The notes under the pieces were generated by a model that saw only the letters and a list, made by a program, of their open reading frames with translations, was not told where the DNA came from and ran no database searches. A DNA stretch of 64,000 bases from an uncultured bacterium (GTDB lineage: Bacteria > Patescibacteriota > Patescibacteriia > Magasanikbacterales > UBA922), in assembly GCA_937861125.1 (NCBI GenBank), contig CALMAY010000038.1, forward strand, positions 27,942 through 91,941, written 5' to 3'. Below, one piece after another: positions 37,024 through 46,364 of the stretch (position 1 is its first letter; each line of letters opens with the position of its first letter). The position numbers were made by a program, and so were the translations under genes.

Positions 37024-38379
37024 ATGTCACAAAAAAAAGCATATATTGTTGCAGTCGATATGGGGTACGGTCATCAGCGTGCTGTTCATCCGTTGTTTGA
37101 CATCTCTCGTGCTCCAAAAGGATGGGATCATGATTCTGCGATGATTATCTGTGCAAATAAATATCCAGGTATACCTGAGATTGATTTTAAACGATGGAAT
37201 GGAAGCCAGGGGGTGTATGAATTGATTTCACGCATGAAACGTCTGCCAATTGTTGGTGATTGGATTTTTGGTGCTATGGATTATTTTCAGCGGATTGAGG
37301 TGTTTTATCCCAAACGTGATCTGAGTAAGCCAACTATACAGTTGAGTCAGATTTATAACATGATCAAAAAAGGGTGGGGAAGACACTTGATTGATGAGCT
37401 GAATCGTGACCCACTTCCACTTATTACCTCTTTTTTTATCCCAGCATTTTTTGCGGAAGAGCATGGGTACAAGGGTGAGATATATTGTCTGTGTACCGAT
37501 ACGGATGTTTCTCGTGCTTGGGCACCGCTGCATCCGCAAAAGAGTCGTATCACTTATTTAGCTCCAAATAAGCGTGTTCGAGAACGTCTCAAGCTTTATG
37601 GTGTACGTCCAGAAAAGATTTTTATTACAGGCTTTCCGTTGCCAAAAGAAAATATTGGTTCACCTGATACTGTTAAAACACTCAAGACATCACTTGGGTG
37701 CCGTATAGGCAATCTCGATCCACATGGTCGGTACCAAAAGAAATACCAGCAAATGCTTCAGTTTTACCTTGGTTCGCCATTTTGTGATTTGCGGGCCAAG
37801 CATCCGTTTACTATTACCTTTGCAGTAGGAGGTGCGGGGGCACAGCGAGAAGTGGGAATCGAGATTTTGCAAAGTTTGCGGACGCACATTGATGCTGGTG
37901 CTGTGAGGCTTAATCTTGTTGCCGGATCTCGCGCTGATGTGTTTAGTTTTTATGAAGCAGAAATTAAACGTTTGGGCTTGGATCATCGTCATGATCAAAC
38001 AGTTCGTATTATTTATGATGAAGATAAGTTCCGTTATTTTCAAAAATTTGATGAAGCATTACTCACCACAGACGTGCTGTGGACCAAACCAAGTGAATTG
38101 TCATTTTACGCTGGGCTAGGACTTCCGATCATTATTGCCCCAACGATCGGTTCTCAAGAAGAGTATAATAAAGCTTGGTTACACGCAATTGGTGCTGGGT
38201 TTGAGCAAAACGATTCACGATATACTCATGAGTGGTTATTTGATTGGCTAGAGAGCGGTTGGCTCGCAGAGGCTGCGATGAGTGGATTTTTACATGCACC
38301 GAGAAATGGGGCGTATCATATTGCGGATATTGTACTCAACGGCAAGAAGAGTGAAATTGAAGATGTGCATTTGTTGTAG
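37024..38379 (+). CDS. GT-B glycosyltransferase, MGDG-synthase/UgtP-like (GT28-like N-terminus).
   Basis: AYIVAVDMGYGHQRA resembles the G-x-GH-x-x-A motif at the N-terminus of GT28/MGDG-synthase-type enzymes. Confidence 0.5.
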   Translation: MSQKKAYIVAVDMGYGHQRAVHPLFDISRAPKGWDHDSAMIICANKYPGIPEIDFKRWNGSQGVYELISRMKRLPIVGDWIFGAMDYFQRIEVFYPKRDLSKPTIQLSQIYNMIKKGWGRHLIDELNRDPLPLITSFFIPAFFAEEHGYKGEIYCLCTDTDVSRAWAPLHPQKSRITYLAPNKRVRERLKLYGVRPEKIFITGFPLPKENIGSPDTVKTLKTSLGCRIGNLDPHGRYQKKYQQMLQFYLGSPFCDLRAKHPFTITFAVGGAGAQREVGIEILQSLRTHIDAGAVRLNLVAGSRADVFSFYEAEIKRLGLDHRHDQTVRIIYDEDKFRYFQKFDEALLTTDVLWTKPSELSFYAGLGLPIIIAPTIGSQEEYNKAWLHAIGAGFEQNDSRYTHEWLFDWLESGWLAEAAMSGFLHAPRNGAYHIADIVLNGKKSEIEDVHLL

Positions 38380-38381
38380 AT

Positions 38382-39131
38382 ATGACTTCTTTCGCACTTA
38401 TTCCATTTGCATTTCTCTCTGGTATCCTCATGTTTTTGGCACCTTGTTCATTACCACTTGTTCCAGGGTATTTGGCATTTTTGTCTGGCAATACTGATTT
38501 GCGTATGTGGAATGAACGGACTGTTCGATGGCGGATGGTGCGTCAAGCATGTTTTGTCTCGCTTGGATTTGGTGGTGTATTTATTTTTTTGGGTGTTTTG
38601 TTTGGGCTTGGTGGTGTCGTATTATTGCCATATCGAGAGGTGCTGAGTCGCGTTGGTGGTGTACTAATTATGTTGTTTGGTCTTGCACTGCTGGGAGTGT
38701 TTTCTCTGCCATCATTTTCTTTTGTTTCACGTCTAGTTGCATACAAACAGATACATCCAAACACACCAGGTGCTGCTATATTATTTGGAGGTATTTTGGC
38801 GCTCGGATGGTCGCCATGTGTCGGGCCTATTTTGGGGACTATTTTGTTGCTGGCTGCATCTAGCGCAACGGTTGTTTCTGGCGGCTTCCTTTTGGCTGTT
38901 TTTTCTCTTGGGTTTAGTGTGCCGTTTATTCTCACTGCATTTGGCGCTGGGCATATATCACAATGGTTACAGAGATTCAGCAGTGTACAGAGGGTGCTTA
39001 CGGTTATCGGTGGCATGAGTTTGATCGTCATGGGGTATCTCATGGCTACGAACATGATGGGAGTGTGGAATGGTTTTTTTTATGGATTGTTTGATTTTAT
39101 GTCGTACGATTCATTATTACGTTTTTATTAG
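38382..39131 (+). CDS. ccdA: Cytochrome c-type biogenesis / thiol-disulfide transporter, CcdA/DsbD-core family.
   Basis: APCSLPLVPGYL (first Cys in TM1) and WSPCVGPILG (second Cys); six transmembrane helices. Confidence 0.8.
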   Translation: MTSFALIPFAFLSGILMFLAPCSLPLVPGYLAFLSGNTDLRMWNERTVRWRMVRQACFVSLGFGGVFIFLGVLFGLGGVVLLPYREVLSRVGGVLIMLFGLALLGVFSLPSFSFVSRLVAYKQIHPNTPGAAILFGGILALGWSPCVGPILGTILLLAASSATVVSGGFLLAVFSLGFSVPFILTAFGAGHISQWLQRFSSVQRVLTVIGGMSLIVMGYLMATNMMGVWNGFFYGLFDFMSYDSLLRFY

Positions 39132-39134
39132 TCT

Positions 39135-40070
39135 ATGCATTGGTTTCTTCTTTCATTGGTTGGATATGTCTGTCTTGCGCTTGTCTTTATTCTCGATAAG
39201 CTTATCTTGACCAAGTCGGTCGAGAAGCCAGTGGTCTATACATTTTACTCAACCATTTTCTTGGCGGTTGTATTATGTGCACTACCGTTTGGTGGAGAAT
39301 TATTACATACACCATTTGATTGGGGGGTTGCAACGCTCTCTGGTCTTGGGTTTGGGTTTGGGTTGTGGGCGATGTTTCTCGCGCTGCATTATGGAGAGAC
39401 GAGTCATATTTCTCCGTTCATTGGTGCGATGGTGACTGTCTCTACCTTTGTACTCTCTGCATTGTGGCTCGGAGAATCGCTCACTGATGTCCAAAAAATT
39501 GGTGTAGTGATTTTAGTGTTTGCTTCACTTCTGCTCTCATTTGAAAAAAGTAAACAACACAGTGGATTCCATGTTGGATTTTTGTGGGCGATACTTGCTG
39601 GCGTCTGTTTTGGTATCTCTCATGTAGCAGCCAAATATATCTATGACCTCTATCCGTTTTTGACTGGTTTTATCTGGACACGTGCGACGATTGCCCTAGT
39701 GGGTGTCATTACATTGTTTGTCCCAAGTGTCTGGAAGTCTTTGTTTGGTAAAAAGACAGCTGTGAGTAAAAAAGTAAGTGTTGAAAGTCAAAAAACATTT
39801 GGTCATCGCCATGCATTTGCAATCGTCTTAAGCAATAAGGTGTTGGGTGTTTTGGGCGTAGTGCTCATTCAAGCTGCTATCTCTTCTGGGAGCGTGACAC
39901 TTGTCAATGCATTGAGCGGTATGCAGTATGTATTGATGTTTGTACTTGTCTTTATCTCTAGTAAAATAAGTCCGCAAGTATTTAAAGAATATTTTACAAA
40001 ACGTGAAATCATTGTTCAGACAATTGCTATTTTGCTCGTTTGCCTTGGCTCTGTATGTTTCGTTCTCTAG
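39135..40070 (+). CDS. Integral membrane protein, DMT/EamA-like (10 TM).
   Basis: Two roughly 5-TM halves; no sharper motif. Confidence 0.45.
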   Translation: MHWFLLSLVGYVCLALVFILDKLILTKSVEKPVVYTFYSTIFLAVVLCALPFGGELLHTPFDWGVATLSGLGFGFGLWAMFLALHYGETSHISPFIGAMVTVSTFVLSALWLGESLTDVQKIGVVILVFASLLLSFEKSKQHSGFHVGFLWAILAGVCFGISHVAAKYIYDLYPFLTGFIWTRATIALVGVITLFVPSVWKSLFGKKTAVSKKVSVESQKTFGHRHAFAIVLSNKVLGVLGVVLIQAAISSGSVTLVNALSGMQYVLMFVLVFISSKISPQVFKEYFTKREIIVQTIAILLVCLGSVCFVL

Positions 40071-41065
40071 TTCGTCATATTTTTCATTTTATACTTTTTT
40101 TTGTTGGTACTATTAGTATTGTATATGGTATTTCTTGGTTGTTGTCACAAAAAAATTTTCAGCCAGAGTATGGTATCAGCTTCAATCATGAGCATGCATT
40201 ACATCTGGAACTTGATTGGAAATTGGTATATGGAGATATCCTCACTGACTTGCAGCCAAAATATATTCGTCTTGCGGCTATGTGGGATGAGGTAGAACCT
40301 CAAAAAGGAGAATGGTTTTTTGAACATGTTGATTTTATGCTTGATGCAGCAGCGGCAAACAATACCAAAGTATTGCTGGTGGTAGGGCAAAAAGCACCAC
40401 GGTGGCCAGAATGTCACATTCCACAGTGGGCTGAAGACGTATCTGTTCATGATAGGCGTGAGCAGGTGATGTCATATGTGAGTACTGTGGTAGAGCGATA
40501 CAAGGATCATCCTGCGCTTGAATATTGGCAGATAGAAAATGAGCCGTACATTCCGTTTACTTTTGGAGAGTGTGCAGCATTTGATCAAACTATCGTCGAA
40601 GCAGAGGTTTCGTTGGTCAAACAAATTGATCCGAATCATCCTGTGGTACTCACAGACAGTGGTGAAATGTCTATATGGTATCCAGCTGCTGTTGGCGGAG
40701 ATGTATTTGGGACGACACTTTATCGTATTGTACGTACTCCATCTGGGCGTATTTGGAATTATGATTGGATGCCACCAGGATTTTATCGTCTCAAGTCTGA
40801 GTTGTTTGGGCTATCACCTGAGACTTTTTTTGTTGCCGAATTGCAGGCTGAGCCATGGTTTACGGGAGATGGACCAAACGGTACTTCACTTGAAAGCCAG
40901 CAGGAGACAATGACTCCAGAACGTATGGCCCAACATATCGCATATGCGGACCATGTAGGTGCGTCTCGGGTGTATTTGTGGGGAGCAGAGTGGTGGTACT
41001 GGATGAGGGAGAGACACAATAATAGTTCGTTTTGGGATATAGCCAGAGATATATTGACAAGATAA
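40055..41065 (+). CDS. Membrane-anchored glycoside hydrolase, GH5-like (TIM barrel).
   Basis: WQIENEPY (catalytic NEP motif of the clan GH-A/GH5 acid-base) and N-terminal transmembrane anchor. Start uncertain (40040 or 40055). Confidence 0.5.
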   Translation: MFRSLVRHIFHFILFFVGTISIVYGISWLLSQKNFQPEYGISFNHEHALHLELDWKLVYGDILTDLQPKYIRLAAMWDEVEPQKGEWFFEHVDFMLDAAAANNTKVLLVVGQKAPRWPECHIPQWAEDVSVHDRREQVMSYVSTVVERYKDHPALEYWQIENEPYIPFTFGECAAFDQTIVEAEVSLVKQIDPNHPVVLTDSGEMSIWYPAAVGGDVFGTTLYRIVRTPSGRIWNYDWMPPGFYRLKSELFGLSPETFFVAELQAEPWFTGDGPNGTSLESQQETMTPERMAQHIAYADHVGASRVYLWGAEWWYWMRERHNNSSFWDIARDILTR

Positions 41066-41082
41066 AAAAAATGGGATACACT
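41054..41082 (+). promoter_or_regulatory. Sigma-70-type promoter for tRNA-Val.
   Basis: TTGACA, 17-nt spacer, TACACT. Confidence 0.55.
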
Positions 41083-41095
41083 ATTCCCATTCGAT

Positions 41096-41169
41096 GCGCG
41101 CCTAGCTCAGTTGGTTAGAGCATCTCGTTTACACCGAGAGGGTCAGGGGTTCGAATCCCTTGGCGCGCA
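41096..41169 (+). tRNA. tRNA-Val (anticodon TAC).
   Basis: Perfect acceptor GCGCGCC/GGCGCGC, anticodon arm TCTCG-TTTACAC-CGAGA. CCA not encoded. Confidence 0.88.
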
Positions 41170-41174
41170 CAGGT

Positions 41175-41206
41175 AAACACACTCATCTTTGGTGAGTGTG
41201 TTTATA
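41175..41206 (+). terminator. Rho-independent terminator after tRNA-Val, followed by an extended -10 (TGGTATAAT) for the permease.
   Basis: ACACACTCA-tctttgg-TGAGTGTGT then TTTAT. Confidence 0.75.
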
Positions 41207-41226
41207 TTGTGGTATAATATTTGTAT

Positions 41227-42303
41227 ATGAATACAAATATTCCACTCGCTACACATCACGGTATTTTTCGTCAGCAAATTTCATTATTTCAAGCAGTGGC
41301 TTTGATTGTCTCTGGTACTGTTGGTGCTGGAATTTTGGGTATTCCATATGCCATCGCACAGGTAGGTTGGTTGCCTGGGTTTTTTAGTATTGTACTTATT
41401 GGGTTGTTGATGATGGGGGTCAATTTATTGATTGCACGTATTGTGATTGGTACAAATCAACAGCTTCATTTTGTCGGGTTGGCAAATAGATATTTAGGTG
41501 CTGTGGGGAAGTATTTGATGTCTGTTATTATGTACGGTATGTTGTTTGGTATTTTGGTTGTCTATATTTTGGGAGTTGGTGAATCGTTAGCTGCATTGTT
41601 TGGTTGGGATCCTCGACTGTGGAGTACAGTATTCTTTTTACTTGGTGCGATCTGTATTTTGTTTGGTCTACGCACGATCAAATCTGTTGAGTTTTTTCTC
41701 AGTCTTGGTATTTTGTGTGTTGTGCTTATTATCTCTGCGACACTTGTTCCAAGTATTGAGACAACTCATTTTGGATTTGTTTCTCTTCATAATGTGTTGG
41801 TACCATATGGTGTGCTGTTATTTGCATTTCATGGAGCAACGAGTCTACCTGAGGTATATAGTCTTGTACAAAACAAAGAAAAGTTTTTTATAGAAGCAGT
41901 AAAGGTTTCATCGGTGATTGTGATTGCTATTTATGCGTTGTTTACTTTTGTGGTACTTGGTGTCACTGGTCCATATACGACAGAGATTGCCACAGTCGGT
42001 CTGGGACAAGCAATCGGTCCTGTCATGCTGGTACTGGGAAATATTTTTGCAGTACTCGCGATGGGGACGAGTTATTTGGTTGCTGGACTTGCATTGCGTG
42101 ACTCATTGACATGGGATATGAACATGTCTCGACCGCTGGCAACCGCAGCGGTGACGTGTATTCCGTATTTGATCTTTTTATTTTTTGCAACCAGTTTTGT
42201 TGGGATGATTGATTTGGTTGGTGGGGTGTTTATGACGTCTGAGATTGTACTTTTGTTGATTATCTATGTGGTGGCGAAGAGGAGAGGGGATGTACATGGA
42301 TAA
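41227..42303 (+). CDS. Amino-acid permease (APC-superfamily, 10-11 TM; aromatic/hydroxy amino-acid permease-like).
   Basis: LFQAVALIVSGTVGAGILGIPYA N-terminal consensus of amino-acid transporters. First ATG lies 9 nt after the -10, so the mRNA is probably leaderless. Confidence 0.65.
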   Translation: MNTNIPLATHHGIFRQQISLFQAVALIVSGTVGAGILGIPYAIAQVGWLPGFFSIVLIGLLMMGVNLLIARIVIGTNQQLHFVGLANRYLGAVGKYLMSVIMYGMLFGILVVYILGVGESLAALFGWDPRLWSTVFFLLGAICILFGLRTIKSVEFFLSLGILCVVLIISATLVPSIETTHFGFVSLHNVLVPYGVLLFAFHGATSLPEVYSLVQNKEKFFIEAVKVSSVIVIAIYALFTFVVLGVTGPYTTEIATVGLGQAIGPVMLVLGNIFAVLAMGTSYLVAGLALRDSLTWDMNMSRPLATAAVTCIPYLIFLFFATSFVGMIDLVGGVFMTSEIVLLLIIYVVAKRRGDVHG

Positions 42304-42363
42304 AATTGTCTATATTAAAAAGCCGCTTGAATAAAGCGCTTTTTTTTGTTAGTATAGCCATAT

Positions 42364-43161
42364 ATGACTTTTATCCAAGCAATCGTCCTTGGTCTAGTTC
42401 AGGGGCTCACAGAATTTCTTCCAGTATCTAGCTCTGGGCATCTTATTTTTTTTCCGTACCTATTTGGTTGGACCGATCAAGGGGTACTATTTGATTTGAT
42501 ACTGCACATGGGGACACTTGGTGCCGTTGTATTGTTTTATCGTCATAAACTACTCTCGTTGGCTCAAGCAGCTTTTTCATGTCAAAAAGAAAACGAGTCA
42601 GAACGTCGATTGGCTTGGTATATCGCTCTGTCGGTGTTTCCAGCAGGGATTGCAGGCTATTTGATTGAGACCAATGATCGATCTGCAACTATTGTTGGTA
42701 TTTCGCTTATTGTTTGGGGTGTCGTACTGTATGTGGCTGATCGGTATGCACAGCGACGTGCTCGTACAGTAGTGCCAACTGAATTAACACATGTATCTTG
42801 GAAGGATATTGCGACGATGAGTATTGCACAAGCGGTGGCATTGATTCCAGGTACAAGTCGATCGGGGATTACGATGAGTGCTGGATTGTTTCGTGGTTTG
42901 TCCAAAACAGCTGTAGCAGATATTTCATTTCTCATGAGTGTGCCAGTACTTACGATTGCTGGTGCTGTTAAAATTTTTGAGGCAGTGTCACTGGGAACAG
43001 TTGATATACCTATCATGATGCTTGTGACTGGTTTTTTGACATCGTTTACTTCTGGCATGTTTGCGATTTCGTTTTTGTTGAAAATTATTAAAAAGTTTGA
43101 TTTTACACCGTTTGTGGTGTATAGAATTGTTGTGGGGATTTTGATTTTGTGGTTACTGTAG
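42364..43161 (+). CDS. uppP: Undecaprenyl-diphosphatase.
   Basis: LGLVQGLTEFLPVSSSGH and PGTSRSG motifs. Confidence 0.92.
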   Translation: MTFIQAIVLGLVQGLTEFLPVSSSGHLIFFPYLFGWTDQGVLFDLILHMGTLGAVVLFYRHKLLSLAQAAFSCQKENESERRLAWYIALSVFPAGIAGYLIETNDRSATIVGISLIVWGVVLYVADRYAQRRARTVVPTELTHVSWKDIATMSIAQAVALIPGTSRSGITMSAGLFRGLSKTAVADISFLMSVPVLTIAGAVKIFEAVSLGTVDIPIMMLVTGFLTSFTSGMFAISFLLKIIKKFDFTPFVVYRIVVGILILWLL

Positions 43162-43165
43162 TCGT

Positions 43166-44689
43166 ATGACAGAAAAAGAATTATTTCCAATCATCGCAAC
43201 TCTTGCCGAAAAACTTGATGTAGAAGTATACGCTGTTGGTGGTCATGTGCGTGATCGCTTGCTTGGTATTGAACAAAAAACAGTTGTGGTAGAAGAAAAC
43301 AGAATTATAGCGGCGCAAAAAAAAGATATTATCGAAGGTGGAGATGATGTAGTAGTTGAGACAATTATCAAAAAGCGTGATATTGATTTTGTGGTTGTAC
43401 CTGGAAAGACTGATATTGGTGGTGTTGCGTTTGCGACTGCATTTGATGAGGTGATGGAGCAGTCAGGAAGTTTGGTATTGTTTGAACAATTTAATACCGC
43501 ACGCTATGTATTTGACGATATTGAGATAGAATTTGCTGGTGCACGTAAAGAAGCCTATGACCCATCATCGCGCAAACCGATTGTGGTGAGTGGAACACTC
43601 CTCGAAGATCTGGCTCGACGTGATTTTACCGTCAATGCAATGGCGCAACGTGTGACGAATGATGGTCTTGGTGAGATAGTTGACCCATATGACGGACAGA
43701 AAGATTTAGCAGAAAAAATACTTCGTACACCGCTAGATCCAATGGAAACATTTTCAGAGGATCCACTGCGTATTATGCGTGCAGCGCGCTTTGCTGCACA
43801 ACTCAATTTTAGTATTGAAGCTGCAACGCTCAAGGCGATGTATGATGTGCGTGAACGTCTCTCTATTATCTCAGCTGAGCGTATTGCTGAAGAGTTTTTC
43901 AAATTACTTGGTACAACACAGCCATCCGTCGGGCTTTGGATTCTGTATCAGACACACATCTTTGATCAATTCTTGCCTGAAGTGCCAGCACTGAGCGGAG
44001 TAGAGGAGATCGGTGGTCAGGGACACAAGGACAATCTGACACATACATTCAAAGTGGTGGACAATCTTGCGACACGAACAAACAAACCACTGTTGCGTTA
44101 CGCAGGGCTGATGCATGATATTGGCAAGCCTGAGACCAAGAGTTTTATCAAAGGTCGTGGGTGGGCGTTTGATATGCACGAGCATGTTGGTAAGCGGATT
44201 GTTCATGAAGTTGCTAAACGTTTGAAGATGAGCATCGCGGATACACGCTATGTTGCAAAACTCGTTCGCTGGCATCAACAGCCGATTGCATTGATGGATG
44301 CGACAATTACCGACAGTGCTGTACGGCGTTTGGTTGTCTCACTTGGTGACGAGATTGACGATCTTTTGAAGTTATGTCGCAGCGATATTACCACTGGTAA
44401 TCCAAACAAGCTCGAGAAGCGCTTGAAAAATTACGATGTTCTCGAAAAGAAAATTATTGAAGTGATAGAAAAAGACAAGCTTCGTGCCTTTCAGTCTCCA
44501 CTTCGTGGTGAAGAAATTATGCAGCTCTCAGGACTCAAACCTGGCCCAACGATTGGAAAAATCAAAGAGGCGATTGAGGAGGCGATTCTAGAAGGTGAGA
44601 TTCCAAATGAGTATGAGGCGGCCAAAGCGTATTATGAGAAAATTAAAGATACATATTTGAAAGATGTGAATGATTGGGAAAAAGAATAA
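43166..44689 (+). CDS. cca: CCA-adding tRNA nucleotidyltransferase with HD domain.
   Basis: Pol-beta head VYAVGGHVRDRLLG and HD motif LMHDIGKP. Carries a roughly 45-aa insertion (EQKTVVVEENRIIAAQKKD...) in the head domain. Confidence 0.8.
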   Translation: MTEKELFPIIATLAEKLDVEVYAVGGHVRDRLLGIEQKTVVVEENRIIAAQKKDIIEGGDDVVVETIIKKRDIDFVVVPGKTDIGGVAFATAFDEVMEQSGSLVLFEQFNTARYVFDDIEIEFAGARKEAYDPSSRKPIVVSGTLLEDLARRDFTVNAMAQRVTNDGLGEIVDPYDGQKDLAEKILRTPLDPMETFSEDPLRIMRAARFAAQLNFSIEAATLKAMYDVRERLSIISAERIAEEFFKLLGTTQPSVGLWILYQTHIFDQFLPEVPALSGVEEIGGQGHKDNLTHTFKVVDNLATRTNKPLLRYAGLMHDIGKPETKSFIKGRGWAFDMHEHVGKRIVHEVAKRLKMSIADTRYVAKLVRWHQQPIALMDATITDSAVRRLVVSLGDEIDDLLKLCRSDITTGNPNKLEKRLKNYDVLEKKIIEVIEKDKLRAFQSPLRGEEIMQLSGLKPGPTIGKIKEAIEEAILEGEIPNEYEAAKAYYEKIKDTYLKDVNDWEKE

Positions 44690-44721
44690 GAATAAGATTA
44701 TCAAACAGTATTATCATATCA

Positions 44722-44760
44722 AATCTTAATTTTTAATCTCAATCTTAGTCTTATTTTTCA
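44722..44760 (+). promoter_or_regulatory. Conserved AT-rich upstream motif, copy 1 (upstream of yidC).
   Basis: TTTTTAATCTCAATCTTA is identical to 48086-48103 upstream of hsp20. Confidence 0.45.
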
Positions 44761-44808
44761 CATTGCGTCTTGCTTCTCACATCAAAATACGCTACACTAT
44801 ACCTATAT

Positions 44809-45561
44809 ATGCTCGAAACATTTTGGTACACCTTTCTCTACCAACCTACATTTAATGCCTTGATCTGGCTCTATAATCATGGTACCAATGAAAATCTTGG
44901 TGTGGCGATTATTTTGTTAACGTGCATCCTCCGTGTTGGACTACTTCCGTTTAGTGTATTTGAGATTTTTGCAAGAAAAAGAAATGAAACATTGGCTGCT
45001 GAGATTGCAGCGATTCAAAAATCATACAAAAATGATCCCATCATGATGAAAGAGGAAGTGCGACGACATCTGCGTAAAAAACATATCACTCCATGGGCTC
45101 GATTTGTGGTACTTGGGGTCCAGTTGTTGGTACTGTTTCTTTTGTATCAAGTATTTATGCAGGGGGTATCCGGAGAAAGAGTACTTGCTACATTGTACCC
45201 GTTTGTTTCTGTTCCCGGAACGATTAATACAGTCTTTTTTGGATATGATATTGCACAGCGGTATAGTGTATTTTGGCCCGGTCTTATCTTTGCTTGGTTG
45301 TTTACGGAAATTTATTGGGGGTATCACAAAAACAAACAGATTAAAGCCGATGCGTCTGATGTTACGTATCTCTTTTTATTTCCGTTTTTTGTCTTTTTCT
45401 TGCTATACCTCCTTCCGATTGTAAAATCATTATTTGTACTGACATCTATGGTATTTTCATTTGTAACATATCCAGTATTGGAGGCTTGTATTGGATTGTT
45501 TCAAAAAAAGCCAGGAGATGCACATGCAGCGGGCCATGGACATGGTGAAAAACATCACTAA
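44809..45561 (+). CDS. yidC: Membrane protein insertase YidC/Oxa1 family (short form) with a His-rich C-terminus.
   Basis: GVAIILLTCILRVGLLPF...ARKRNETLAAEIAAIQKSYKNDP...KKHITPWARF matches the YidC core helices. Ends HAAGHGHGEKHH. Confidence 0.8.
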   Translation: MLETFWYTFLYQPTFNALIWLYNHGTNENLGVAIILLTCILRVGLLPFSVFEIFARKRNETLAAEIAAIQKSYKNDPIMMKEEVRRHLRKKHITPWARFVVLGVQLLVLFLLYQVFMQGVSGERVLATLYPFVSVPGTINTVFFGYDIAQRYSVFWPGLIFAWLFTEIYWGYHKNKQIKADASDVTYLFLFPFFVFFLLYLLPIVKSLFVLTSMVFSFVTYPVLEACIGLFQKKPGDAHAAGHGHGEKHH

Positions 45562-45597
45562 TTTTGCTCTATGTAGAAAAAAAGTGTATTTTTGCTC

Positions 45598-45626
45598 TTG
45601 CAAAAAGAGTAAAAATATGTTATGCT
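45598..45626 (+). promoter_or_regulatory. Sigma-70-type promoter for the SPFH gene.
   Basis: TTGCAA, 17-nt spacer, TATGCT; 24 nt upstream of the ATG. Confidence 0.5.
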
Positions 45627-45650
45627 ATCTATCGTATTTAATCCACTTTT

Positions 45651-46244
45651 ATGTCTGATGATTCTATTGATAAGCTGATGTACTCCTTTGTAATGGACGA
45701 CGTCCTCAAAGGTTTTTTTATCAAAGTGCCACCAGGATACGTGGCATGTGTCTACGATCTTGGTCGTGGCGTGCTCAAAAAAGTGCATACTCCAGGACTT
45801 CACTTCAAGATTCCTTTCTGGCAGAAAGCCAAACTTTTTAATACTCAGACGCTTGAATACGGTATTTCTCGCAATTTTACTCTTACTAACGAACGTGCGA
45901 TGGGTGATATTCCAATCGCGGCGGTGACTCAGGATGGCAAGCGTATCGGTGTAGAGGGAACGATTTTACTTCGTTTGGATGTACATCAGATCCCATCTAT
46001 TTGGCAGACTGTCGGTGAGGATTTTGTCGCCAAGATTATCCGTCCTACGGTTCGCAGTCGCATTCGTATGGTTGCTAGCCGCTTTGATATGCAGGAGATG
46101 ATCGGTGCCAAGCGTGATGCAGTGGAGACTGAACTCAAGAATGAGCTGGAACGTATCTTCTACTCTCGTGGTATTTATGTTGAGAATGTGCTCTTGAGTG
46201 AGATCGGTGACATTTCTGAGTACAAGCATACGGCTGGAGAGTAA
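45651..46244 (+). CDS. SPFH/band-7 domain protein.
   Basis: Prohibitin/stomatin-like core (GVEGTILLRLD...IRPTVRSRIRMVASRFDMQEMIGAKRDAVETELKNELE). Confidence 0.8.
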   Translation: MSDDSIDKLMYSFVMDDVLKGFFIKVPPGYVACVYDLGRGVLKKVHTPGLHFKIPFWQKAKLFNTQTLEYGISRNFTLTNERAMGDIPIAAVTQDGKRIGVEGTILLRLDVHQIPSIWQTVGEDFVAKIIRPTVRSRIRMVASRFDMQEMIGAKRDAVETELKNELERIFYSRGIYVENVLLSEIGDISEYKHTAGE

Positions 46245-46282
46245 CGGAGTTTGCGAAGTTGGCTGAGTTTTCTAAGTTGAGA

Positions 46283-46308
46283 TCCCTCGTGAATGCGAGG
46301 GGTTTTTG
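46283..46308 (+). terminator. Rho-independent terminator after the SPFH gene.
   Basis: CCCTCG-tgaatg-CGAGGGG TTTTT. Confidence 0.75.
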
Positions 46309-46323
46309 TTGTGGATAACCCCC

Positions 46324-46352
46324 TTGACTTCCTCTTTTATCACTCGTATAAT
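46324..46352 (+). promoter_or_regulatory. Sigma-70-type promoter of the hrcA heat-shock operon.
   Basis: TTGACT, 17-nt spacer, TATAAT. Confidence 0.65.
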
Positions 46353-46363
46353 ATGAGTGCTAA
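46337..46363. promoter_or_regulatory. CIRCE operator (HrcA binding site) overlapping the -10.
   Basis: TTATCACTC-N9-GAGTGCTAA against consensus TTAGCACTC-N9-GAGTGCTAA. Right arm exact, left arm 7/9. Confidence 0.7.
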
Positions 46364-46364
46364 T

